Below, piece after piece: positions 45,088 through 54,772 of a stretch of DNA of 64,000 nucleotides (position 1 is the stretch's first letter; every line of letters starts with the position of its first letter). This DNA comes from an uncultured Dehalococcoidia bacterium (lineage in GTDB: Bacteria > Chloroflexota > Dehalococcoidia > SHYB01), in the NCBI GenBank assembly GCA_964555685.1, contig CAZKTO010000004.1, positions 10,858-74,857 on the forward strand, given 5' to 3'. The position numbers and the translations under genes were made by a program. The notes under the pieces were generated by a model. It had not been told where the DNA came from. It did not search any database and was given only the letters and a program-made list of their open reading frames with translations.

Positions 45088-46293
45088 CTACGCGCCCTGC
45101 CCCAGCCCCAGTCCGCGCCGGGCGATGATGCTCCGCTGGATCTCGGACGTGCCGCCGCCGATGGTGATCCCCCGCTGCGTCAGATAGATCTTCTCCCCCT
45201 TGCCGCGCAGGACGGCGTGCGGCGTTCCCTTCTTGAGCTGGCTGTAGAGGCCCGTGGCCTCCATCACCACTTGGGACAGCCGCTGGCACATCTCGGAAGC
45301 GAACAGCTTGGAGACGGAGGACTCGTAGCTGGGGTCACCGTACGTCTGCAACCACGCCACGCGGTACGCCAGCAGCCGCGCCACCCGTAGTTCGATGGCC
45401 ATCTCAGCGAGCTTGTGCCGAAGCGCAGGATTCGACCGGAGCGGCTGGAGCCCGTTGACGCCGCGCTTCACCAGGTCCTGCACCTCGTCAAAATACTCTT
45501 GGCTGATCAGCACGTGGCGGATGAACGAGCGCTCGTTGTTCAGCGTGGTGGTAGCCACGTACCAGCCCCGGTTCTTCTGGCCGATGAGGTTGGACCTGGG
45601 GACGCGAACGTTGTCCAGGAAGACCTGGTTGAAGGAGTGGACGTCATTGATGTTGACCAGGGGGGTGTGGGTGATCCCCGGACTCTCCATGTCCACGACC
45701 ATGTAGCTGATGCCCTTGTGCTTGGGGGCTTCGGAGTCGGTCCTGGCGATGAGGGTGCCCCACTTGGCCTTGTGGGCGTTGGACGTCCAGATCTTGACGC
45801 CATTGACCACGAAGAAGTCACCGTCCTCGACGGCGCGGGTCTGAAGGCCCGCCAGGTCCGAGCCAGCGTTGGGCTCGCTGAAGAGCTGGCACCACCGGTC
45901 TTCCGCCCGGGCGATGCCAGGCAGCCACCGGCTTTTTTGCTCCGGCGAGCCGTGGATCGCGATGGTGGGGCCCACGTTCATAATGGCAGCGTCGAGGGTA
46001 TAGGGCCGCGGGACGCGGTGGCGCGTCATCTCCTCGGCGAAGATGAGCTGCTCCATGGGCGTCCAGCCCAGGCCGCCGTACTCCTTGGGCCAGCGGGCTG
46101 TGAGCCACCCGCGGCCGCTCATTTTCTTGGCGAGTTGCTGTGCCACCCGGTCCTTGTAGTCGTCGCCGCCCTCTTCGTCGTCGCCGCCCTCCTCGGCGGT
46201 GCGGTCGAGCCAGCCGGCCGGTAGATTGGCCTTCAGGAATTCCTGGACCTCGCGGCGGAAGGCCTCTTGCTTCTCGGTGAACCGAAAGTCCAT
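45088..46293 (-). CDS. Acyl-CoA dehydrogenase (with an in-frame EEGGDD-EEGGDD tandem duplication near the N-terminus)
   Basis: MDFRFTEKQEAFRREV..., LFSEPNAGSDLAGL, GGGTSEIQRSIIA. Confidence 0.9.
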   Translation of the reverse strand: MDFRFTEKQEAFRREVQEFLKANLPAGWLDRTAEEGGDDEEGGDDYKDRVAQQLAKKMSGRGWLTARWPKEYGGLGWTPMEQLIFAEEMTRHRVPRPYTLDAAIMNVGPTIAIHGSPEQKSRWLPGIARAEDRWCQLFSEPNAGSDLAGLQTRAVEDGDFFVVNGVKIWTSNAHKAKWGTLIARTDSEAPKHKGISYMVVDMESPGITHTPLVNINDVHSFNQVFLDNVRVPRSNLIGQKNRGWYVATTTLNNERSFIRHVLISQEYFDEVQDLVKRGVNGLQPLRSNPALRHKLAEMAIELRVARLLAYRVAWLQTYGDPSYESSVSKLFASEMCQRLSQVVMEATGLYSQLKKGTPHAVLRGKGEKIYLTQRGITIGGGTSEIQRSIIARRGLGLGQGA

Positions 46294-46578
46294 CGTGCGC
46301 TCCTCTTGCTGCTCTTGGGGGAATCCAGAGGGGGCAGGCTCTGAGCCGAAGCCCCGAGCCCGGCGTGGGGGTCTTGGCGAAGGAGGGCGAGGGCAGCGTG
46401 CTCCATTCTACCTCGGCATGCCCAGGCCCCGCTGCGCCGGTGGGAGGCGCCGGCGCCGTTGCGGGCTGGTCCGGGCTGGCTGGCGTCTGCGACGACTGGC
46501 AGGCTATGAATAGCACGACCAGGGGTGTGAGCAGGACGAGCCAGCGACGTGGCGAAGGCAGGCGTGGCATGTGCTTTT

Positions 46579-46640
46579 CAGACGTTTGTGTGGGCTGGAG
46601 ATTGCCATGTCCGCCTGCGGCGGACTCGCAATGACAGGGG
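46579..46640 (+). repeat. Solo copy of the GAGATTGC...GGACTCGCAATGAC hairpin repeat (related to the right TIR of the GIY-YIG cassette)
   Basis: CAGACGTTTGTGTGGGCTGGAGATTGCCATGTCCGCCTGCGGCGGACTCGCAATGACAGGGGG, to be compared with 50107..50174 and 24003..24047. Confidence 0.65.
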
Positions 46641-46760
46641 GCGGAAGGCGCGGACCTGGGCCTGGTAGGACTGCTCGTCAGGGGAGAAGGAGAAGTCCCC
46701 GGATTGGTGTTCCCCCTCACCCACCCGCCTGAGGCGGGTGGGTGAGGGCTGCCCCTGCTG

Positions 46761-48017
46761 CTACCACACGCACCCGGGCGTATCGGCGGCGAACTCCGTC
46801 TTCATGGGCGTCGGCTTCGTATCGCACGTGGGGATGACCGCGGGCCCGCGCGTCCGCGAGGGCAGGAGCACGCTGGCCGTGCCGGGCGTGGCGATCTCGC
46901 CGCGCTGGTTCTCGCACCACACGTCCAGATCGACGACGTTCCGGGGCCCGTCCTGGTACGCCTTCGTCACCTTGGCCTTGATCCACTGGACGTCGCCGTG
47001 GTAGTTGAACCGCCGCGACTGGTCCGACTCCTTCCACACGTAGCCGTCGTCGCCGGCCCAGTTGGTCAGGTAGTGGAGGACCCAGTTGGTGCGCATGACG
47101 CCGTAGTCGTAGGCTCGCGGGTTGCCGACCTTTTTGGCGCGCGCGTCGTCCCAGTGGACACGCTGGGCCGGCTCCCAGTAGCCGTACTCGTTCTTGGTGT
47201 AGAAGGCCGGGATGCGCTTGCGGTTCTGGTAGCCGAGCTTGAGGGGCGCGATGCGGAAGACGCCCCAGCCCCAGCCCTGGTGCCAGCCCATGATCTCGAG
47301 GGTCGTGAGGGGGCCCTTGACCATGGTGGGCATCTCCATCCCCTCGCGCACGTCCTCCCAGTAGAGCGTGTTGGTCCCGCGGCGGAACTCGTTCTCGTAC
47401 GCCCTGTCGATCTCCGCCAGCTCCTCTTGCGTCCAGACCTTGGGCTCGATCTTCATGTACTTACCCGTCTTCTCGGACGCCTCCCGCTCGACGTGGAAGA
47501 AGTAGTAGCGGTAGATGCCCACGAGCTCGCTCTTCTGGTTGATGAACTCCTTGCGGTGGTGGACGATGACGGCCTTGCCGCCGCCGAACTCGCTGCGCTT
47601 CTCCTGGACGTCCTCGATGAAGTAGTTCATCCGCACCCGGTCGCCGGGGAGGATGGGGCGCAGGAACTCCCAGCCGGAGCCCGACTGGTAGTTGGGGACG
47701 CCGCGCAGGGCGCCGGCGCCGGCCTCGCGCACCTTGGGCGGGATGCGCGGCACAGTGGTCTGGCCCAGCGTCGTCATGTAGTGGGGCGCGCCGATGATGC
47801 TGCCCCAGCGCGTCTTCTTACCGTAGTCGGGGTCGGTGAAGAGCGGATTGTCGTCGCCGAGGCCGTTGGCGAAGTGGCGCATGGTGTCCAGGTGCGCCTC
47901 CGTGTTGAAGGGCGGCGGCTCTGGGATCAGGACGCCGATGCGGTTGCGCATCGCCTGCACGCCCTCGGGCGTGATCTTGCCCTTCATCTCCGTGTCTTCG
48001 ACGGGGTTGGTGGTCAT
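46761..48017 (-). CDS. MaoC-like double-hotdog acyl dehydratase/enoyl-CoA hydratase, paralogue 1
   Basis: RHFANGLGDDNPLFTDPDYGKKTRWGSIIGAP (MaoC N-terminal-type motif), 418 aa. AAGGAG lies upstream of ATG 48017. Confidence 0.8.
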   Translation of the reverse strand: MTTNPVEDTEMKGKITPEGVQAMRNRIGVLIPEPPPFNTEAHLDTMRHFANGLGDDNPLFTDPDYGKKTRWGSIIGAPHYMTTLGQTTVPRIPPKVREAGAGALRGVPNYQSGSGWEFLRPILPGDRVRMNYFIEDVQEKRSEFGGGKAVIVHHRKEFINQKSELVGIYRYYFFHVEREASEKTGKYMKIEPKVWTQEELAEIDRAYENEFRRGTNTLYWEDVREGMEMPTMVKGPLTTLEIMGWHQGWGWGVFRIAPLKLGYQNRKRIPAFYTKNEYGYWEPAQRVHWDDARAKKVGNPRAYDYGVMRTNWVLHYLTNWAGDDGYVWKESDQSRRFNYHGDVQWIKAKVTKAYQDGPRNVVDLDVWCENQRGEIATPGTASVLLPSRTRGPAVIPTCDTKPTPMKTEFAADTPGCVW

Positions 48018-48153
48018 GGGGCTCCTTCGACTGACATTGTTCTACCTTCCACTCGCCAAAGGCCAAAAGCTGGGGGACATCAGATCTGCTGTACATGTGT
48101 CCCCACCCAAAACGGCTCCGGCCTTCTGGGCCTCTCTGAGCTTACCGGAGATC

Positions 48154-48600
48154 TTAGGCCTCCACATCAATCCTCAAGAGGTGTCGAACTTTCCTCTCCA
48201 TTTGCAGACAACCGACAAGCGATTCCACTCGAGGTGGGACGCAATTCGAAAGTCCGATCAACTCTCGCGAGGCTTCAATCACCTTTTCACGGTCATGAAC
48301 CAGCCGAATCAATTGGAAAAACCGATACCACCTGAGTGTTTGAGCCGAGGCTCTTAAAGCTGCTGCAAGTCTGCGTAATTCATCCTGGGCGCGAATTAAT
48401 CTGTCCCGCGTGAGGTCTGTATAAGGCACTCCGTCCGGTAAAGGATTTGAATACTCGCGAGCGTGCACAACCAATGCTTGCGCAATCTCTTCGACAGTAC
48501 GGGCTTGGAATCGAATTCGTTCGATAAAAAGCACCACGACAATCTGTCCTAGCACAAAGACCGCTCCGGCGGCGACAGCCGATATCAATCCTTGGGTCAT
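48154..48600 (-). CDS. Orphan protein (148 aa, one N-terminal TM helix plus a helical domain), AT-richer than the flanks
   Basis: The ORF alone. It sits between the two MaoC paralogues. No family recognised. Confidence 0.55.
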   Translation of the reverse strand: MTQGLISAVAAGAVFVLGQIVVVLFIERIRFQARTVEEIAQALVVHAREYSNPLPDGVPYTDLTRDRLIRAQDELRRLAAALRASAQTLRWYRFFQLIRLVHDREKVIEASRELIGLSNCVPPRVESLVGCLQMERKVRHLLRIDVEA

Positions 48601-48663
48601 ATGTTTTGAGATACCCCAACGTCCCCGTTCATTAACCCACCACCTTCACCTGGTAGGGCGCTG

Positions 48664-48750
48664 GCCCTCACCCCTGGCCCCTCTCCTACCAGGAGAGGGG
48701 AGCGCGTGTTCCCCCTTCCCATTTAGGGAAGGGGGCTGGGGGTTAGGGCC
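48664..48750 (+). repeat. Type-A bipartite element bracketed by a ~25-nt duplication of the MaoC-2 3' end
   Basis: GCCCTCACCCCTGGCCCCTCTCCtaccaGGAGAGGGGAGCGCGTGTTCCCCCTTCCCatttaGGGAAGGGGGCTGGGGGTTAGGGCC. The flanks are 48636..48660 and 48755..48779. Confidence 0.9.
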
Positions 48751-50001
48751 CTATTCCACCACCTTCACGCTGTACGGCGTCAGGAACTCCGAGGGCTTGT
48801 GCTCGCCCGTCTCGCCGGGCAGGACGACGGGGCCCGCCTCCCGCGAGGGCAGGATCACCGTCGCCGTGCCGGGCGCCGTGATCTCCCCGCGCTGGTTCTC
48901 GACCCACACCTCCAGGTCCGCCATCCGGTGCTTGCCCTCGATGCGCTTCCGGACGATCTTCGCGTGCACCCACGAGGTGTCGCCCGTGTAGTTGAACCGG
49001 CGGATCTGGTCCGACTGCCGGTAGAGCCAGGCGTCGTCCCCCATCCAGCTGGTGATGAGGTTGACCATCCAGTGGGTGCGCATATTCCCGTAGTCGTACG
49101 AGCGGGGGTTGCCCACCTTTCGCGCCCGGGCGTCCTCCCAGTGCACCCGCTGAGCGCAGTCCCATGCGCCGTACTCGTTCTTCGTGTAGAAGGCCGGGAC
49201 GCGCCTCCGGTTCTTGTAGCCCATGCGCAGGGCGGCCACGCCGAACATCGCTCCGAAACCGCGCCCCGAGTGCCAGAGGATGACGTCCGTTACCGTGAGG
49301 GGCCCCCGCACGATGGCGGGCAGCTCCTCGCCCTCCCGCACGTCCTCCCAGGAGCGCGGCTCCCTGCCGCGCAGCGTCTCCCGCTCGTACGCCTCGTCGA
49401 TCTTTGCCAGGTCCTCGTCGGTGTACCTGGGCGCCTCGATGGCGGCGTACTTCCCCTTCTTCTCGGAGGCCTCGCGCTCGACGTGGAAGAAGTAGTTACG
49501 CTGGATGGCGACGAGCTCGTCCCGCTGGTTGATGAACTCGTGCTTGTGATGGACAACAGCCGCCGTGCCGCCGCCGAACTCGCTGCGCTTCTCCTCGACC
49601 TTCGAAAGATAGTAGCGCTGGGAGAGCCGGTCGCCCGGGCAGACGGGCCGGAGCCACGTCCACTCGGTGCCGGAGAGGTAGTTGGGCACGCCGCGCAGGG
49701 CCCCGGCGCCCTTGGCCCGGACGTCCGGCGGGATGGGCGGCGCGACGGAGATGCCCATGGTGCTCGCGTAGCCCGGCGCGCCGATGACGCCGCCCCAGCG
49801 GGTCTTGGCCGCGTACTGGGGGTCGCACCAGAGCGGATTGTCGTCGCCGTAGGAGTGGGCCTGGTGGCGGATCGTGTCCTCGGAGGCGACGGTGTTCCAG
49901 GGCCGGTCCTGGGGGATGAGGATGCCGATGCGCGCCCGCATCCGCTCGATCCCCTCGGGCGTGATCGTTCCCTGCATCTCCTCGGGCTGCTTCTCGGCCA
50001 T
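48751..50001 (-). CDS. MaoC-like double-hotdog acyl dehydratase/enoyl-CoA hydratase, paralogue 2
   Basis: Collinear with 46761..48017 (RHQAHSYGDDNPLWCDPQYAAKTRWGGVIGAP). ATG 50001 with GAGGAG 5 nt upstream is preferred over GTG 50013. Confidence 0.8.
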   Translation of the reverse strand: MAEKQPEEMQGTITPEGIERMRARIGILIPQDRPWNTVASEDTIRHQAHSYGDDNPLWCDPQYAAKTRWGGVIGAPGYASTMGISVAPPIPPDVRAKGAGALRGVPNYLSGTEWTWLRPVCPGDRLSQRYYLSKVEEKRSEFGGGTAAVVHHKHEFINQRDELVAIQRNYFFHVEREASEKKGKYAAIEAPRYTDEDLAKIDEAYERETLRGREPRSWEDVREGEELPAIVRGPLTVTDVILWHSGRGFGAMFGVAALRMGYKNRRRVPAFYTKNEYGAWDCAQRVHWEDARARKVGNPRSYDYGNMRTHWMVNLITSWMGDDAWLYRQSDQIRRFNYTGDTSWVHAKIVRKRIEGKHRMADLEVWVENQRGEITAPGTATVILPSREAGPVVLPGETGEHKPSEFLTPYSVKVVE

Positions 50002-50106
50002 GGCGCTCCTCACCCCGGTGCGATATCGGCGCCATTATAGGCGGCCCGGCGAGGTATCGCCATCGCGGGCGGGGTTCGTGGTGGGGTTAGCGTGGCGTGT
50101 TGTGTT

Positions 50107-50174
50107 CAGAGGTTTGTGCGGGCTGGAGATTGCTTCGTCCCGACTCGTCGGGACTCGCAATGACGAAAAGGGGG
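50107..50174 (+). repeat. Solo copy of the GAGATTGC...GGACTCGCAATGAC hairpin repeat
   Basis: CAGAGGTTTGTGCGGGCTGGAGATTGCTTCGTCCCGACTCGTCGGGACTCGCAATGACGAAAAGGGGG. Confidence 0.65.
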
Positions 50175-50365
50175 CACGGAGAGGGGCTTGCGTGACGGGC
50201 GGGCACCCTTCGGCTTCCCCTGTCGCTGACCGCCACGCTTCCCGCCACGCTTTGCTCGCGGCTTCGGCTCAGGGCGCGGCTACGGCTCAGGGCTTCGGCT
50301 AAGAACAGGGCAGGCTCCGGCCCGCCCCTACATAATGCATCAGGCCGGGGCAGGGTCCCGCTTCC

Positions 50366-50543
50366 CTAGAACTGGTTGCAAAGTAGGGGCGGGTCTCAGA
50401 CCCGCCCCTACGATAGTGTCATTCTGAGCCGCTAGGCGAAGAATCTGGGGAGGATGAGGCCGCCCCGCCCCAGACCCTTCGCCCGGGGACGGGCTCAGGG
50501 TGACAAGGTTGGGCTCGCTCGTTCGTTTTGCAATAGGTCCTAG
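50366..50543 (+). mobile_element. CTAG..GGTTGCAAA hairpin MITE, copy 3 (carries an extra nested GTAGGGGCGGGTCTcaGACCCGCCCCTAC hairpin)
   Basis: CTAGAACTGGTTGCAAAG...GTCATTCTGAGCCGCTAGGCGAAGAATCTGGGG...CCCCAGACCCTTCGCCCGGGGACGGGCTCAGGGTGAC...CGTTTTGCAATAGGTCCTAG. The terminal CTAG holds the stop of the next gene. Confidence 0.8.
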
Positions 50544-50857
50544 CCCTTGGAGTATCTCTTGAGCGCCTTGGCGATATCGGGCCCTGCCTTGGCCAGGTCC
50601 TCCGGCGTCATGACCGGGATGAACTCGACGGTCGCGTTCATATAGAGGAAGAAGGGCTCCGCGATGGATGGAATCTTGGAGGCGTCGTCCATGTTCACGA
50701 CGATGTACGCGCCCCGCTTGCCGTCCTCGGCGGCGAAGTAGGCCGCCTCCGCCTTGATCTCCTTGAGTATCTGCTGCATGGTCTTGCCGAATTTGGGGTC
50801 GGCGATCATCTTGTTGCCGGCCTCGGTGGGGATGCTGACCTTCAAGAGAAAACGCAC
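50540..50857 (-). CDS. Small conserved-looking hypothetical protein (105 aa, MRFLLKVSIPTEAGNKMIADPKFGK...)
   Basis: Clean ORF with coding-like composition. The family is not confidently recalled. Confidence 0.7.
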   Translation of the reverse strand: MRFLLKVSIPTEAGNKMIADPKFGKTMQQILKEIKAEAAYFAAEDGKRGAYIVVNMDDASKIPSIAEPFFLYMNATVEFIPVMTPEDLAKAGPDIAKALKRYSKG

Positions 50858-51194
50858 GATGGACCTCCGTGTGGAACAGTGTGGCCGGTACGCCGGCGTG
50901 CACGATGGTAGGGATAGCGCCCGTCCTTGTCAATGCGGGGCGCCCCGCTCGCAGGGTCGTTCGGTTGTCCTGGGAACCCTTTCTTGACAGAAAGGTGTTC
51001 CCAGACCCTCCCAAAGAACCTTAGGCGTGGAGGAGCGAGGGGGGTGGGCCCCCAGGGCCCACCCCCCTCGCTCCTCCACCTCTAGAGTTTTCTGGAAGGG
51101 GCCTGGGGAAAGCCTCTTTGTCAAAAGAGGTTTCCCTAGAATAATCGAAGGGCCTTGGCCCCGCTCGGACTGGCCCGCCTGCGGCGGGCGGCGC

Positions 51195-52103
51195 CTAGAT
51201 CGCCAGCGCCAGCTGCGCCTGCGGCGCGACGCTCAGGGCGCCCTGCGGCTCCATCGTGCGCTGCTCGTGGCCGAACCCGTACCGCTCCCGCAGCTCCGCC
51301 ATCCGCTCATCGATGCGGTCCTTGTAGTCCCAGGGCGCGTAGGCCCCTGGGTAGAGCCGCTGGTAGCGCCCCAGCAGCTCCGGGTAGTCCGAGCGCAGGA
51401 ACTCGCCGAAGTGCTCCTTGACGCTCCCCTGCAGGCGCAGCACGGCGTGGCCCAGGAAGCGCGCCCCGTGCGCCGCCGCGGCCCGCGCCACCTCTTCCAG
51501 CGCGCGCGGGCTGTCGGTGATCCCCGGCACGATGGGCGCCAGCAGCACCCCCGCGTTCACGCCCGCCGCGGCCAGACGCTCCATCGCTCGCAGGCGCTGC
51601 CGGGGCGGCGGCGTCCCAGGCTCGATGCGGCGCCACGCCTCCTCGTCCAGCGTCGTCACGCTGTGGCAGACGGTGCAGGAGGCCCGCCGCGAGAGCGCCG
51701 CCAGCACGTCCGCGTCCCGTACGATCATCGTCCCCTTGGTCACGATGGCGACGGGCGTCCGGAAGTCGCGCAGCGCCTCCAGGATGCCCCGCGTGATCCG
51801 GAACTTGCCCTCGATGGGCTGGTAGGGGTCCGTGGCCGTCCCCAGGGTGACGGTCTCCCGCCGCCACGAGGGCCTCGAGAGCTCCAGCCGCAGCACCTCC
51901 GGCGCGTTCACCTTCACGAAGATCACACTCGTGAAGTCCGCGCCCGCGTCCAGGTCGAACTGGGCGTGGTAGCGCCGCGCGAAGCAGTAGTGGCAGCTGT
52001 GCACGCAGCCGCGGTACGGGTTGATGGACCAGGCGAAGTCCATCCCCCGGACGCGGTTGAGGACGGACTTGCAGCGGACCTCTTCGTACGTCGTCTTTGC
52101 CAT
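51195..52103 (-). CDS. Radical SAM protein of the SplB-like ('DNA photolyase-like', Rv2578c-type) group
   Basis: INPYRGCVHSCHYCFAR (CxxxCxxC) and TATDPYQP... blocks. Confidence 0.85.
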   Translation of the reverse strand: MAKTTYEEVRCKSVLNRVRGMDFAWSINPYRGCVHSCHYCFARRYHAQFDLDAGADFTSVIFVKVNAPEVLRLELSRPSWRRETVTLGTATDPYQPIEGKFRITRGILEALRDFRTPVAIVTKGTMIVRDADVLAALSRRASCTVCHSVTTLDEEAWRRIEPGTPPPRQRLRAMERLAAAGVNAGVLLAPIVPGITDSPRALEEVARAAAAHGARFLGHAVLRLQGSVKEHFGEFLRSDYPELLGRYQRLYPGAYAPWDYKDRIDERMAELRERYGFGHEQRTMEPQGALSVAPQAQLALAI

Positions 52104-52279
52104 AGCGCGTTTCGCTTCGCTGGTTCGATGACGGGCCAGCGTATGCTAGAACAAACGTTCTGGCAAGGTGCGCCTGTCGCCGCTTGGGCGGCGGCCCTTA
52201 GGCCCGTTGACATCCCTCATCCATCTTCCTATCCTCCTGTAAAGCGTGCCCACGCCCTCTCGCCGCCAGGAGGTCGCCC

Positions 52280-53416
52280 ATGACCAGCGCATCGCGCCTC
52301 TCCAAGCAAGAGCTCTACGATGAGCTTCAGCAGCGCCCTCACATCCGGCGCTACCGCGAGGGCGACTACCGTCCCGGCCCGTGGTTCACGGCCAAACCCG
52401 GCACGGAAGACTGGGCGTCCTGGGGCATCAAGGCCAAGCCCAGCCGCCGGGGCCTCACGCTCATGGACATCGAGGCCGTCTCCAACACGCCCGCGCCGGA
52501 CGTGGCGCCTCCCGTCATGGTCACCCGCGGCGGCGCCTGGCGCCGGGACGCCCCCCCGCGCCAGTGGGAGGTCAATGAGAAGCACCTCGTCTGGACGGAC
52601 AGCATCGCCAGCCTGTACGAAGAGGGCGTCTCGCGCCAGTGGTCCGCGACGCGGGACATCCCGTGGGACCGGCTCACCACGCTCCCTCCAGAGGTGGAGC
52701 GGGCCTTCTGCCAGGTGATCAGCCACCTGGCCACCGTGGAGTACACCGCCAACGACTCCATCGCTCCCTGGGCCGCCAAGATCAACACCACCTTCCACGA
52801 GGTCAAGTTCTTCCTCTACCAGCAGATGTACGACGAGGCGCGCCACTCGGAGGTCTTTCGGAAGCGCGCGCTGGCGGGCGGCGGCGGCCTGGGCGTGGCC
52901 AACGCCTACGTGCCCGGCCAGCCCCTCTCCGGCCAGGCCAACCCGGTCCGCCAGGCCCTGAACAACGACTACAACGCCCTCTCCTACTACATGCACTTCC
53001 TTTCGGAGGGCATCTTCCTGGACAACTTCCGTTTCGGCGAGTACCTGGCCCAGACGGAGGTGGACAAGATCATCTTCCAGCGCGTGATGCAGGATGAGGC
53101 GCGGCACGTCTCCTACGGCGTCACGCGCCTCAAATACTACCTGGAGCACCATCCAGACCGGCCGCGGGCCATCGAGGAGATGCACGCCCTGATGGACGAG
53201 CTGGAGGCGCTCAAGCAGAGCGTGGACATGCTGAACCCGCAGCTGGTGGAGCCCTTGGCGGTCCTGGCGGGCGGCGGCCCCGACAAGATGGACAAGGGCA
53301 TGGACGTCTACCGCAAGGTGTGGGCCAAGGTGGTGGAGGAGTACCTGCGCCGCTGCGAGATCGCCGGCATCCCGCGCCGGGGCCGCACGCTGATGTTCGA
53401 GGAGCCGCCGTTCTAG
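52280..53416 (+). CDS. Ferritin-like diiron-carboxylate protein (putative oxygenase/oxidase)
   Basis: Two ExxH-containing helices (YDEARHSEVF and QDEARHVSYG), ~378 aa. AGGAGG lies upstream of ATG 52280. Confidence 0.7.
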   Translation: MTSASRLSKQELYDELQQRPHIRRYREGDYRPGPWFTAKPGTEDWASWGIKAKPSRRGLTLMDIEAVSNTPAPDVAPPVMVTRGGAWRRDAPPRQWEVNEKHLVWTDSIASLYEEGVSRQWSATRDIPWDRLTTLPPEVERAFCQVISHLATVEYTANDSIAPWAAKINTTFHEVKFFLYQQMYDEARHSEVFRKRALAGGGGLGVANAYVPGQPLSGQANPVRQALNNDYNALSYYMHFLSEGIFLDNFRFGEYLAQTEVDKIIFQRVMQDEARHVSYGVTRLKYYLEHHPDRPRAIEEMHALMDELEALKQSVDMLNPQLVEPLAVLAGGGPDKMDKGMDVYRKVWAKVVEEYLRRCEIAGIPRRGRTLMFEEPPF

Positions 53417-53486
53417 TGCCTCACCCCCGGCCGGAGCCCCGCCCGGCGGGGCTCCGGGCAGGCTCTGAGCGCAGCCGAAGGGGCCA

Positions 53487-53526
53487 CCCCCTCTCCGGGT
53501 CGGAGAGGGGGCAAGGGGGAGAGGGC
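53487..53526. repeat. Hairpin repeat CCCCCTCTCCGggtCGGAGAGGGGG plus CAAGGGGGAGAGGGC (half of the 3692-type palindrome)
   Basis: Read directly. It lies in the gap before recA. Confidence 0.7.
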
Positions 53527-53644
53527 AGCGCGCCACGCGGCTCTTGCAGACCTCGAACGCGTGTGCTAAAGTCTCCCAGGCTCAGTTCAAGGCCGGACGC
53601 GGGCACGGCGCCGGGGCGCCGCGCCGGCAGAAGAGAGGGGTGCG

Positions 53645-54694
53645 ATGGATAGCGATAGGGATAAGGCACTCGAGATAGCCCTCGCGCAGATCGAAAAGCA
53701 GTTCGGCAAGGGCGCCGTCATGCGCCTGGGGGAGGCCTCCCAGCGCCTCACGATAGAGGCCATCCCCACCGGGTCCCTCTCGCTGGACCTGGCCACGGGC
53801 GTCGGCGGCGTCCCCCGCGGCCGCGTCGTCGATCTCTTCGGCGCCGAGTCGTCGGGCAAGTCCACCCTCGCGCTCCACATCATCGCCGAGGCGCAGCGCG
53901 CCGGCGGGCTCGCCGCCTACGTCGACGCCGAGCACTGCCTGGACCCGGCCTACGCCAAGCGCATCGGCGTCAACCTGGACCAGCTCTATATCTCCCAGCC
54001 GGACTTCGCCGAGCAGGCCCTCGAGATCACCGAGGCCCTGGTCCGCAGCGGCGCCATAGACGTCCTCGTGATCGACAGCGTCGCCGCCCTCGTCCCGCGC
54101 GCCGAGCTGGAGGGCGATATGGGCGACCCGCAGATGGGCCTCCAGGCCCGGCTCATGTCCCAGGCCCTGCGCAAGCTCACCGGCGCCATTAGCCGCACCC
54201 GCACCTGCGTCATCTTCATCAACCAGCTCCGCGAGAAGGTGGGCGTCTTCTTCGGCAACCCGGAGGTGACGCCAGGCGGCCGCGCCCTCAAGTTCTACGC
54301 CTCCATCCGCATCGACCTGCGCCGCATCGACTCCATCAAGCAGGGGCAGGAGACCATCGGCACGCGCGTGCGTGCGCGCGTCGTCAAGAACAAGGTTGCG
54401 CCCCCCTTTCGCGTCGCCGAGTTCGACATCATGTTCGACCGCGGCATCAGCAAGGAGGGCGATATGCTGGACCTGGGCGTCCAGCTCGACGTGGTGAAGA
54501 AGTCCGGCTCCTTCTTCACCTTCGGCGAGAGCAAGCTGGGCCAGGGGCGCGAGAACTCCAAGCAGTTCCTCTTCGAGCACCGCGACATCGCCGGCGCCAT
54601 CGAGCGGCAGATCCGGGCCGCCAGCTCGGACCTGGGTCCCCAGATCGTCGCCCCCGCCAAGGCCGACACCGGCGAGGATGCCGAGGGGTTCTAG
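53645..54694 (+). CDS. recA: Recombinase RecA
   Basis: [23 protein letters not shown], Walker A ([12 protein letters not shown]), [37 protein letters not shown]. Confidence 0.95.
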   Translation: MDSDRDKALEIALAQIEKQFGKGAVMRLGEASQRLTIEAIPTGSLSLDLATGVGGVPRGRVVDLFGAESSGKSTLALHIIAEAQRAGGLAAYVDAEHCLDPAYAKRIGVNLDQLYISQPDFAEQALEITEALVRSGAIDVLVIDSVAALVPRAELEGDMGDPQMGLQARLMSQALRKLTGAISRTRTCVIFINQLREKVGVFFGNPEVTPGGRALKFYASIRIDLRRIDSIKQGQETIGTRVRARVVKNKVAPPFRVAEFDIMFDRGISKEGDMLDLGVQLDVVKKSGSFFTFGESKLGQGRENSKQFLFEHRDIAGAIERQIRAASSDLGPQIVAPAKADTGEDAEGF

Positions 54695-54772
54695 GGGTGG
54701 AAGGCCGCCGGGTGCCAGACCCCATGTGAAGACCGCAGCTCGGCCCGTTTGGACATAACGGATAGTCATACA

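Noticed and set aside
45818-46720. The 300-aa minus-strand ORF as a real lipoprotein gene.
   Set aside because: Only the first ~60 aa after the internal ATG at 46570 look genuine. The rest overlaps the ACAD gene out of frame with Arg/Gly/Pro-rich sequence. It is reported instead as a probable gene remnant.
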